A stretch of DNA of 64,000 bases. Origin: Macrostomum hystrix (Eukaryota > Animalia > Platyhelminthes). The translations under genes were made by a program, and so were the position numbers. Numbering within the stretch: position 1 is the first letter of the stretch; each line of letters starts with the position of its first letter. Where the stretch lies: the NCBI GenBank assembly GCA_950097015.1, contig CATNEN010000033.1:992001-1056000 (forward strand). Direction: 5' to 3'. Shown here piece by piece: positions 12,901 through 23,849 of the stretch. The notes under the pieces are model-generated. The model was given only the letters and a program-made list of their open reading frames with translations, searched no databases and was not told where the DNA came from.

Positions 12901-14061
12901 GACCACAGTATACTACAGTGGTCCTTGGCTGGAATTCTAAGTATATTTTGATATACTACTATTTTAGAGCCGTTTTTTATTGTAAAATTGGAATAGGCAC
13001 CTAAATCCCGAAAGAGACGTAAACTTCAATGCAAAATTATGTCTTTATGTCCTAAAAATGGTAAAGTTTAAGATAGAAACACATTTCATACAACTAGGAG
13101 TAGCAGTTTTAAAGGCATATTGTTCTTTTGTGTATTCATGAACTGATTTTAGATTTTGGGTAAAGGAAGATATATTTTTAACAGTAAAACTTAGTACATT
13201 TTAATCGAAAATTGTATAATATTCAGTTCAGCTGAATATACAAAGCAATTAATGAAACAATTAACAGCATGCAAGATTCCAAATAGGCGAAAAAAACAAT
13301 AGGCCGAATTTGATCAAAATCGCACATTAGAGTAATACGGTAATATTAAATCAAAAGTGCAAAAGTACTCTGAGTGGAAAGTAAGTACACAATACAAATT
13401 ACTGTTGCATGAATAAGATTTACGAGGAAATATAGTGCAGGAATAGCGAAGCAAAAAACGAGCACAGAATAAACTTGAGACAATACCGCTGGCTTGCAAA
13501 AATAAATTCTCTGTGTTCTCGTGCAGTCAGGAGATGCGGCCGCACAGTCTGCTTTAAGAATTTACACACTACTTGGCAATGAGCCTAGACATGTGTTCAC
13601 TGTTGACGAAAATCAATTGTCGATAGATGTTTCGTACGCTTCAGTTAAGTTAAAATAAGCGAGGAAGAATTGCATCCTGGATGTAGCAATGGCCAGAAGG
13701 CTGCAATGCTTAAGGGACACTAGCCGGGAAACCAGACCCTTCAAAACAGAAGTGAATTCGCTTTAAACAACCATTTTGGTGCTTAGATGTGAGAGAAGGG
13801 AGTCAAAAGGGATGTATATTCGAGTTGAATGGTTGAATAGATTGTTAGATGATAGCAATCTAAAATAGGAAATGAAGACACCAAAGTTCAGTGTCTTAAA
13901 ACCTTTAGACCCTAAACAAAAAGTACATTCACAAAAGGCTGAATCGACCATTCACAACAGCAAAAATAATTGATTCGCGAGTAAATACAAAAAACACATT
14001 CAGAAAAACATTTAATTAAAAAATCAGATCAGTTCTCTAGCTAAGAACCTAGGTCGTAGGT

Positions 14062-15674
14062 TCAATGCCGGCCGCAGAGCCTCTTAATCCAGGCTGGCGA
14101 AAACAGTGAGGCAAAGAAGCCGATCAAATTGGCCTCCACCAGGTGAAGCGACAGCAGCAGGCCAATCAGTGCGCAGGTCAGCGACACCATGATTGGCACC
14201 AGGGATAGAAGCGGCGACACGCTACTGTTGAGTAGCGTCTGAAACATTTTATAAAAAAATTAAAACAGTTTTAAATGTTCTAAAAGAAGTATTCATCTTC
14301 CAAACTGCACTACTCACAAGTAGCGAGCAGAGCAGATGCGACCCCCAGACGTAGGCAAGAAAGTAAAGCCGTCGATCTTCCAGGCTGACGAAGGTGACAA
14401 CAGTCCAGCAGATGTTGAGGAAGACGAACATCAGTGCCAGCACGGAGGAGACCAGCAGGAAGCCTTCGTGCTCGCCGCCGAGACCGACGGAGCCGGGGCC
14501 GGACATGTCAGCAAGCAGGTTCACCATGGAGAAGGCGCCGGCCATGAAGCCGAAGCCAAGGCCGCACACTGGTCGAGCAGGGGATGAATGCAAGGCTTTT
14601 AAAGAACATCTGGGGACTCAGTCGGATTAAGGTGGCTCTAAGACAACTGCCAGGGTTTGAGGAAAAGCTGTCAGTGCCTGATGGGAAGCCGGCAGGGTCT
14701 GACAGGATCTGTAGGGGAGCTGTCAGTGTCTGTAGGGGAGCTGTAAGTGTCTGTAGGGGAGCTGTCAGTGTCTGTAGGGGAGCTGTCAGTGTCTGTAGGG
14801 AAGCTGTCAGTGTCTGTAGGGGAGCTGTCAGTGTCTGTAGGGAAGCTGTCAGTGTCTGTAGGGAAGCTGTCAGTGTCTGTAGGGGAGCTGTAAGTGTCTG
14901 TAGGGGAGCTGTCAGTGTCTGTAGGGGAGCTGTCAGTGTCTGTAGGGGAGCTGTCAGTGTCTGTAGGGAAGCTGTCAGTGTCTGTAGGGGAGCTGTCAGA
15001 GTAGGGAAGGCTCTCATAGCAAGGCGGTTCTCTCACCGTAAGACAGCGAGTGCAGATGAAGAATCTTCACTGGCCGGCCGCTGCCCGCAGTCAGCGTGGC
15101 GCGGTCGGTGTCGTTCAACGGCTCGGAGGCGGCGGAGGCGGCAGCTGCGGACGAAGAAGCGGCCCCGCCGCTACCGCCGGCGTTGTCGGACTGCGACTGC
15201 TCTTCGGTCTCCTCGGCGTCTTCGGCCAGGGCGATTTTCTGCAGGCCCTCTTCAGCTCGCCTGCAGTTTTTTAAACGTTTTGTTTTAATTCATGAAGTAA
15301 CACCGGAAAGTTTGTCGGCAGAAAAAAAGATGTCCGCAAACTTACTTCATAAAGAAATAAAAAGCGACTCGAATCGCCTCCTGAAACACAATGGACACAA
15401 TCATGCCAAATATGAGGTGTTTTCTCAGCGGGACAACTGCGAACCACACTACTGAAGACAGTAGCAACGATAGTAGCCAGAAGAATGCACTGAAAAAGTT
15501 CAGAGAAAAATATATAAATATATAGTAGGCACAAGTCTTAAAAAGTGGAGATAAACCCTACCTGCATGTCAGGATGATAATCTTTAGCGGATTACTGGCC
15601 ACTGTGAAGATAAACATGATCAATGCGGGCGAGAAGGTGATCAGCGAGCAGCCGAAGAATTCCAGGACGGTCAT
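14062..15674 (-). CDS. APH1: Gamma-secretase subunit APH-1; exons 15674-15562, 15489-15346, 15260-15037, 14568-14318, 14238-14062
   Basis: MTVLEFFGCSLITFSPA, SAFFWLLSLLLSSVVW, FQEAIR, the GxxxGxxxG motif VCGLGFGFMAG, GPGSVG and GSHLL; all four introns are GT-AG and phase-consistent. Confidence 0.93.
14705..15005. repeat. 21-bp tandem repeat CTGTAGGGGAGCTGTCAGTGT in APH-1 intron 3
   Basis: About 14 copies. Confidence 0.95.
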
Positions 15675-15764
15675 GACTGCGCTTTGCTGCTTTTAGTAGC
15701 GAACTGGCTGGAAAATTGCAGTCAAAATAGATACCTGTATGCAGCAAAATACAGTAACATACAA

Positions 15765-16335
15765 ATAATTAGGTTTCTCTGCCGACCCACTCAAACAGCT
15801 AATTAGGTTTCTCTGCCGGCCCACTCAAACAGCTAATTAGTTTTCTCTGCCGGCCCACTCAAACAGCTAATTAGGTTTCTCTGCCGGCCCACTCAAACAG
15901 CTAATTAGTTTTCTCTGCCGGCCCACTCAAACAGCTAATTAGTTTTCTCTGCCGGCCCACTCAAACAGCTAATTAGGTTTCTCTGCCGGCCCACTCAAAC
16001 AGCTAATTAGTTTTCTCTGCCGGCCCACTCAAACAGCTAATTAGGTTTCTCTGCCGGCCCACTCAAACAACTAATTAGGTTTCTCTGCCGGCCCACTCAA
16101 ACAGCTAATTAGGTTTCTCTGCCGGCCCACTCAAACAGCTAATTAGGTTTCTCTGCCGGCCCACTCAAACAGCTAATTAGGTTTCTCTGCCGGCCCACTC
16201 AAACAGCTAATTAGGTTTCTCTGCCGGCCCACTCAAACAGCTAATTAGGTTTCTCTGCCGGCCCACTCAAACAGCTAATTAGGTTTCTCTGCCGGCCCAC
16301 TCAAACAGCTAATTAGGTTTCTCTGCCGGCCCACT
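15765..16335. repeat. 34-bp tandem repeat AATTAGGTTTCTCTGCCGGCCCACTCAAACAGCT
   Basis: About 17 copies in the AMACR-APH1 spacer. Confidence 0.97.
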
Positions 16336-16674
16336 CAAACAGCTAATTAGGTTTCTGTTCTAGCCAATTAGTTCCAAGAAACAGTTTGTAACTAATTCTT
16401 CACACAAGTCGAGGAGAAAAATAAATTGAAAATAAAATAATCTAGCTTCATAGAAATCAACAAGCTACAATAACAAGTAACCGGTTTATTTAGAATTACG
16501 AGCTACAAGGAAATAGTAGTAAAATATTCAAATTAAAAATAGACAAACTGTAAAGCACCTGTGGCAAAGTATGAAATCATAGGAGATGTACAGTAACATA
16601 CATTTATGTTCTAATTGAGCTCTCAATCAAGATAAGATATAATAATAAAATAAAAATAAGTGCTCATCACGGTC

Positions 16675-19191
16675 TCAAAGCCGACTCGCCGGTTCGTCGC
16701 CCTCGCCGTCAGCAGACTGCACAGCATGCCCGTCGGCTAGCAGCCGCTGAATCTCGGCCTCGCTGAAGCCCAGCTCGGCAAGCACTCTACAACTGTGCTG
16801 GCCGATTCTGGGCGACCGGCCCGGCTGGAAGGCTTCGTCTGGCCCGACGCCGCCGCCGACGAGGCTGGCGAATCGCGGCGGCCTGGGCAGAAACTGGCCT
16901 GGCGTCTCCGAGGAGGGCGCAAACGAGGCGCGAGCCGCCGCGTGCGGATTGGCCTGCGCCTCAGACAGATCTTCGACGGCGCTGACGCAGGCGTCCGGAC
17001 TGAACCTGGGATGAGAGCATTGCGTCATGTTCTGAGCTGATAACGATAAACAGATAGCAGGCTCACTAAAATACGCCAAACCAGGAAGTTATATTGTATA
17101 TTCTTTTCATTTGATCAAGCTGGAGACCTTAGTAGCCTTTTCGAAGAATTGTTCTAGAAATTGGACGTATTATCATGAAAAACAAGATTTCTTAGGAAAA
17201 AACTTTATTGGAGTAAAGAATTTCCTCAAAATAATTGAATTTCTAAGAGACATTTTCCTCGAAATCAGAAATTTTTTTAGAAATTTCAACGTTTTTTGAA
17301 TTTAGGCGATTTCATAGAAATCAGAAAATTTCTGACAATTTTTTCGAAATCAAACTTAATCTTTAAAAAATGATAATTTCTTTATTAACTAATGACTAAT
17401 TTAATGAGTAATTTAGAGAACTTCTTTGAAATTAAGGCATTTATTTAAAATATTTAAAATTCTTTAAAATGACATTTATCAGTGCAAGTCCAGGTGTGCC
17501 ACGTGACCAAATCCGCACCTGGTCAGCCAGTCGTCCCTAGTTCGGCTGCCCATAATCTTAGCCACAGTGGCGATCGCCCCGGCAGCGTCCTCGGTGGCCT
17601 GCGGCAGGTCAGCCTCGGTTAGGCCGAGTCCGCTGACGAAGGCGGCGTAGAACTGCGGCTCCAGAGCGCCGACAGCCAGGTGGCGGCCGTCCAGGCAGCG
17701 ATAGCAGCGATAGAAATGCGAGCCGCCGTCCAGCACATTCTGGCCAGGCAGGGCGCCCTCACGCCACACAAACAGATCGCGCGAGGCGAACAGCCAGGTG
17801 GCCAGGTAGGCGGCGCCTTCGGTCAGGTTGGCGTCCAGAATTCGGCCGAGGCCGGTGCGATGACGCTCGAATAAGGCGGCTGCAATGCCTGTTGTTGGGG
17901 AAGGAGACCGCAAAAGCGCCGTAATAGTAATAGGAAATAGTAATAAATAGTCAATAGGTTTTGCGTATTTGGCAGCCTGTGGTTTGTGAAGCTGGATTGG
18001 GGCTTATTATTACGGATGGGGTCTCTTAGAAGGGATTGAGGTTTCTTAGAAGGGATTGGGTTTTCTTAGAAGGGATTGGGTTTTCTTAGAAGGGATTGGG
18101 TTTTCTTAGAAGGGATTATGGTTTCTTAGAGGGAATTGAAGTTTCTCAGAAGGGATTGGGGTTTCTTAGAAAGGATTGAAGTTTCATAGAAGGAATTGCT
18201 GTTTTATAGTAGGAATTAAAGTTTCTTAGAAGAGATTGAGGTTTCTTAGAAGGAATTACTGTTTAATAGAAGGAATTGTTGCTTCATAGAGGGAATTGCT
18301 GTTTCATAGTAGGAATTGCTGCTTCATAGAAGGAATTGCTGTTTCATAGTAAGAATTGAGATTTCTTAGAAGTGATCGAGGTTTCTTAGAAGGGATTGAG
18401 GTTCGTTAGAAGAGATTGGGGTTTGTTAGAAGAGATTGGGGTTTCTTAGAAGGGATTGGGGTTTGTTAGAAGGGATTGGGGTTTCTTAGAAGGGATTGGG
18501 GTTTGTTAGAAGGGATTGGGGTTTCTTAGAAGGGATTGGGGTTTCTTAGAAGGGATTATTGTATTATAGTTTTGATTGGATTCCTAGGTGGGATTGGGAT
18601 TTCTGAGTGGGACTGGGTCTCTAGGTGGGCTGGGAATGCAGGGTTGTGGTTTCAAATCCGAGGTTTCCTAGCAGTGAGACACAACGCGCCAGCCGCACCT
18701 AGAGCAGCCAGGAGGCCACCGCCGGCGAAGTCAGCCAGCAGGTTGATGGGAGGCCTCGGCGGACACTCGCCATCGGCCAGTTTCGATAGGACGCCGGAAA
18801 CGGCCAAATAGTTGATGTCATGCCCGGGACGCTGAGCCAGCGGGCCAGCCTGGCCGTAGCCGCTGAGCCGGCTGTACACCAGCCGGGGATTGTCGGCCAG
18901 CAGGCGGTCTGGGCCGAAGCCCAGCTTCTCCATCACGCCAGGCCGGAACGGTTCAATCAGGACGTCGGAGGCGGCGCAGAGTCGCCTGAAGGCGACGGAG
19001 CCGCCGGAGGATTTCAGGTCCAGCGCCAGGGACTCTTTGCCGCGAGCCAGACGGTCCACCGTGTAGGCGGCGTCGGCTCGGTCGACGCGGATGACACGAG
19101 CTCCGAGGTCACGCAGAAGGAGGCCGCAGAACGGGGCGGGCGCCAGGCCGGCCAGCTCGACAACGCGAACGCCTGACAGGGCGGACGGCAT
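16675..19191 (-). CDS. AMACR: Alpha-methylacyl-CoA racemase; exons 19191-18699, 17888-17519, 17005-16675
   Basis: [60 protein letters not shown] and IGQHS; intron phases 1 and 2 are consistent; C-terminal SRL (PTS1). Confidence 0.95.
18022..18556. repeat. Degenerate 20-bp tandem repeat GGTTTCTTAGAAGGGATTGG in AMACR intron 1
   Basis: Visible 20-bp periodicity. Confidence 0.92.
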
Positions 19192-19214
19192 GCCCGGCTG
19201 CAGCGGTTAGAGAG

Positions 19215-19562
19215 ATAATTGGAGTGACAGTTGGAGTGACAATTAGAGTTACAGTTGGAGTGACAGTTAGAGAGAGAGTTGGAGTGACAGTTGGATTAAA
19301 ATTTTTAGTGATAGTTGGAGTGACAGTGTGAGTGATTATTAGAGTGACAGAATGAGTGACTATTAGAGTGACATTTTGAGTGACAGTGTAAGTGACTATT
19401 CGAGTGACAGTGTGAGCGACTATTCGAGTGACATAATGAGTGACTATTCGAGTGACAGAATGAGTGACTATTTGAGTGACAGAATGAGTGACTATTTGAG
19501 TGAGAGAATGAGTGACTATTAGAGTGAGAGAATGAGTGACTACTCGAGTGACAGTGTGAGTG
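19215..19562. repeat. Degenerate 12-bp repeat (GAGTGAC core) immediately upstream of the AMACR acceptor
   Basis: GAGTGACAGT/GAGTGACTAT recurrence. Confidence 0.88.
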
Positions 19563-20182
19563 CTTTTTTGCAAGTTGCGAATGAAAAAAATGAGAGTGAT
19601 TGAAAGCCAATGCAGGATCTGAACCTTAATCGAGGTTGAGTGACAGTTAAGGCGTCAAATAATTAAGAAAAAAAGTATCAAATAAATAGAGCTTGGTGCG
19701 ACCTGCAGTTTTGCCTATATTTTGTGTTGATTTTACGCGCTAAAGTAATTGATGAGAATCAGCAGTCGAATGAGACTACTTAAAGTAGTCAGCAGCAGTT
19801 TTTCAGCGATTACAGGCGAGTAAAAGGCATAAATTAAGGCCCTAGATGCTAAATTTCAGAAATTTGAAACAAAATCGATACAGTATTAAGAAAATAAATG
19901 CTGATCTATACAATAGTACACTACTGAACGATAAAAACTATCGTATAATAATTTTTACTAGCACATACCAAATTATATAGTTGCCAGGAATTTAGCTATT
20001 TAACCTGTAAATAAAAATACTTTAGAGAAGTTAAATTTAGCTTACAGAGTATTAATAGGGGTTTAGAAATTAGATTCGTAGCAAAAGAGCTAAAAACTTG
20101 AATAAAAATGAAATGATTTTCATTTTATTAAATAAATACAATCTAATTTACAAAGTTTCCCATTTTCAGGAAATGCAGCAGA

Positions 20183-22557
20183 TTCTGAAACAAATGACAC
20201 CCGATTCTGAAACAAATGACACCCGAATCCGAAGCAAATGACACCCGAATCTGAAACAAGTGACACCCGATTCTGAAACAAATGACACCCGATTCTGAAA
20301 CAAATGACACCCGAATCCGAAGCAAATGACACCCGAATCTGAAACAAGTGACACCCGATTCTGAAACAAATGACACCCGAATCTGAAACAAATGACACCC
20401 GATTCTGAAACAAATGACACCCGATTCTGAAACAAATGACACCCGATTCTGAAACAAATGACACCCGATTCTGAAACAAATGACACCCGATTCTGAAACA
20501 AATGACACCCGATTCTGAAACAAATGACACCCGATTCTGAAACAAATGACACCCGATTCTGAAACAAATGACACCCGATTCTGAAACAAATGACACCCGA
20601 TTCTGAAACAAATGACACCCGATTCTGAAACAAATGACACCCGATTCTGAAACAAATGACACCCGATTCTGAAACAAATGACACCCGATTCTGAAACAAA
20701 TGACACCCGAATCTGAAACAAGTGACACCCGATTCTGAAACAAATGACACCCGATTCTGAAACAAATGACACCCGAATCTGAAACAAATGACACCCGATT
20801 CTGAAACAAATGACACCCGATTCTGAAACAAATGACACCCGATTCTGAAACAAATGACACCCGATTCTGAAACAAATGACACCCGATTCTGAAACAAATG
20901 ACACCCGAATCTGAAACAAATGACACCCGATTCTGAAACAAATGACACCCGATTCTGAAACAAATGACACCCGATTCTGAAACAAATGACACCCGATTCT
21001 GAAACAAATGACACCCGATTCTGAAACAAATGACACCCGATTCTGAAACAAATGACACCCGATTCTGAAACAAATGACACCCGATTCTGAAACAAATGAC
21101 ACCCGATTCTGAAACAAATGACACCCGATTCTGAAACAAATGACACCCGATTCTGAAACAAATGACACCCGAATCCGAAGCAAATGACACCCGATTCTGA
21201 AACAAATGACACCCGAATCTGAAACAAGTGACACCCGATTCTGAAACAAATGACACCCGATTCTGAAACAAATGACACCCGACTCTGAAACAAATGACAC
21301 CCGACTCTGAAACAAATGACACCCGAAATCTGAAAAAATGACACCCGATTCTGAAACAAATGACACCCGATTCTGAAACAAATGACACCCGATTCTGAAA
21401 CAAATGACACCCGATTCTGAAACAAATGACACCCGAATCTGAAACAAGTGACACCCGATTCTGAAACAAATGACACCCGATTCTGAAACAAATGACACCC
21501 GAATCTGAAACAAATGACACCCGACTCTGAAACAAATGACACCCGAAATCTGAAAAAATGACACCCGATTCTGAAACAAATGACACCCGATTCTGAAACA
21601 AATGACACCCGATTCTGAAACAAATGACACCCGATTCTGAAACAAATGACACCCGATTCTGAAACAAATGACACCCGAAATCTGAAAAAATGACACCCGA
21701 TTCTGAAACAAATGACACCCGATTCTGAAACAAATGACACCCGATTCTGAAACAAATGACACCCGATTCTGAAACAAATGACACCCGATTCTGAAACAAA
21801 TGACACCCGATTCTGAAACAAATGACACCCGAATCTGAAACAAATGACACCCGATTCTGAAACAAATGACACCCGATTCTGAAACAAATGACACCCGATT
21901 CTGAAACAAATGACACCCGAATCTGAAACAAGTGACACCCGATTCTGAAACAAATGACACCCGATTCTGAAACAAATGACACCCGACTCTGAAACAAATG
22001 ACACCCGACTCTGAAACAAATGACACCCGAAATCTGAAAAAATGACACCCGATTCTGAAACAAATGACACCCGAATCTGAAACAAGTGACACCCGATTCT
22101 GAAACAAATGACACCCGATTCTGAAACAAATGACACCCGAATCTGAAACAAATGACACCCGACTCTGAAACAAATGACACCCGAAATCTGAAAAAATGAC
22201 ACCCGATTCTGAAACAAATGACACCCGATTCTGAAACAAATGACACCCGAATCCGAAGCAAATGACACCCGATTCTGAAACAAATGACACCCGAATCCGA
22301 AGCAAATGACACCCGAATCTGAAACAAATGACACCCGAATCCGAAGCAAATGACACCCGAATCTGAAACAAGTGACACCCGATTCTGAAACAAATGACAC
22401 CCGAATCTGAAACAAATGACACCCGAATCTGAAACAAATGACACCCGAATCTGAAACAAATGACACCCGAATCTGAAACAAATGACACCCGAATCTGAAA
22501 CAAATGACACCCGATTCTGAAACAAGTGACACCCGATTCTGAAACAAGTGACACCCG
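20183..22557. repeat. 22-bp satellite GAAACAAATGACACCCGATTCT
   Basis: More than 100 copies; the unit has no stop in any minus frame, which explains the three ~800-aa ORFs. Confidence 0.98.
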
Positions 22558-22703
22558 TTTATAAAAATAAAACCCTTATTACAAAAAAACACCGATTGAG
22601 CAATTTTACTGTGAATCAAAATACCTTTTATAAGAGAAATGGTCCTAAAATAAAAAACGCATGAATGATTTTGAAAAATACATTTTTGATTAAGCAGTTG
22701 ATT

Positions 22704-23783
22704 TCAAACCCAGCGAATGTCTTCCCTAGTAAGCAGGCGCCTCTGGCAGGACTTGGCGGACCGCAGCAGTTCCCGCTTGTCCTCGGCTGCGGCAACAGAC
22801 TTGGCCCGTCGATTCGGTTGGCGATTTTCCTTGGCAGAGATTGCGCTCGCTTTTGTCGCAGTCAAAGTCGCAGGTGGTGGCGGCGGGGGCGGCAGCGGGG
22901 ATGTCGGCGAAATCGCCGCAGTTTCAACGGCTTCCAGGCGGTTGCGCAGCGCCTCAAACTGGGCAATCTGGGCGCTCTTGGCCTGCACCCGCTGGGCCAG
23001 CTGCTCCAGCTTGCGACAAAGCCGATCCTGACGCTCCGTCGACTTGGCGTCGTCCTTTTCCTCCGGCCGCTGCAGACGACGCGTCAAATCGGCGTAGCGC
23101 CGAGTCAGCTCCAGCAGCTCTCGGTGCATCTCGTGAAGCAGCTCGCAGGCGCGCAGGCGATCCTCCGACGATGACGGCGTCAAAGGGACGGCGGCTGCGG
23201 TGGCGCCCGTTGAAGTGGTTGACGCGGTCCTCGATCGCGGAGACTGCCTGACTGGCGCGGATCCGGCGGTTGACGCTGACGAGGCCGAAGCCGGCTGAGT
23301 CTTCAGCAGGCTCAGCACTGTCTGCAGGTTGGCTGGCAGGCTGTGCGAAGTGCCGGCCCGACCGGCCAGAAAGCCTGGAGGCCGCCGAGGCTGCTGCCGC
23401 TGCTGCTGCTGCCGCGGCTGAATGTCGCGGGGCGAATGCGCGCTAGTTGCAGTTCCCGAGGATCGCGACGACAATATTTCTAGACGTAGGACTTCCAGCT
23501 GCTCTTCCAGGCTGCGACATCGAGCCTCAATATCGGCCGACTGGCGACCGAAGCCTTTCACTGGCGGCGGCTGCGGCAGTGTCGGACTCTCCAGCAGGTG
23601 CCGGAACCGGGCAGTCTCGCTGGCCAGCTGTCTCATATCGGCCTCTGCGGAGTTGCGCTCGTTTTCTAATCGGCGAATTTTCTCCAGCAAGCGACTCAGC
23701 GAGGAGGCCACGGCCAGCTTCGGACTGTTGGCTTCGATGACGGTTTCGTCACTCCAGGCGAGAGGAGCGGACGCTGCGGTCAT
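22704..23783 (-). CDS. CEP57: CEP57/CEP57L1-like centrosomal coiled-coil protein, single coding exon (359 aa)
   Basis: SSLSRLLEKIRRLENERNSAE..LASET (cf. human ALKNLQDKIRRLELER..LSRET), SHSLPANLQTVLSLLK (cf. SHAVVANVQLVLHLMK), a C-terminal coiled coil LEQLAQRVQAKSAQI, and a terminal ..IRWV. ATG at 23783; the ORF extension to 23996 is satellite. Confidence 0.75.
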   Translation of the reverse strand: MTAASAPLAWSDETVIEANSPKLAVASSLSRLLEKIRRLENERNSAEADMRQLASETARFRHLLESPTLPQPPPVKGFGRQSADIEARCRSLEEQLEVLRLEILSSRSSGTATSAHSPRDIQPRQQQQRQQPRRPPGFLAGRAGTSHSLPANLQTVLSLLKTQPASASSASTAGSAPVRQSPRSRTASTTSTGATAAAVPLTPSSSEDRLRACELLHEMHRELLELTRRYADLTRRLQRPEEKDDAKSTERQDRLCRKLEQLAQRVQAKSAQIAQFEALRNRLEAVETAAISPTSPLPPPPPPPATLTATKASAISAKENRQPNRRAKSVAAAEDKRELLRSAKSCQRRLLTREDIRWV

Positions 23784-23849
23784 TGCTTCCTTTGCTGGCT
23801 GACTTCTGGATTGGGTCCAGTTGGCTGCAACGATTGCACCGAGGCAGGA

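Noticed and set aside
14508-15288. ORFs with LQTLTAP, VCRGAVS or SSPTDTD repeats
   Set aside because: These are readings of the 21-bp intronic array of APH-1.
20120-22619. Three overlapping ~800-aa ORFs
   Set aside because: They are translations of a 22-bp satellite with no minus-strand stop; the same 22-aa repeat appears in all three frames.
22560-22704. Retrocopy poly(A) tail after CEP57
   Set aside because: No A-tract or TSD is present on the coding strand.
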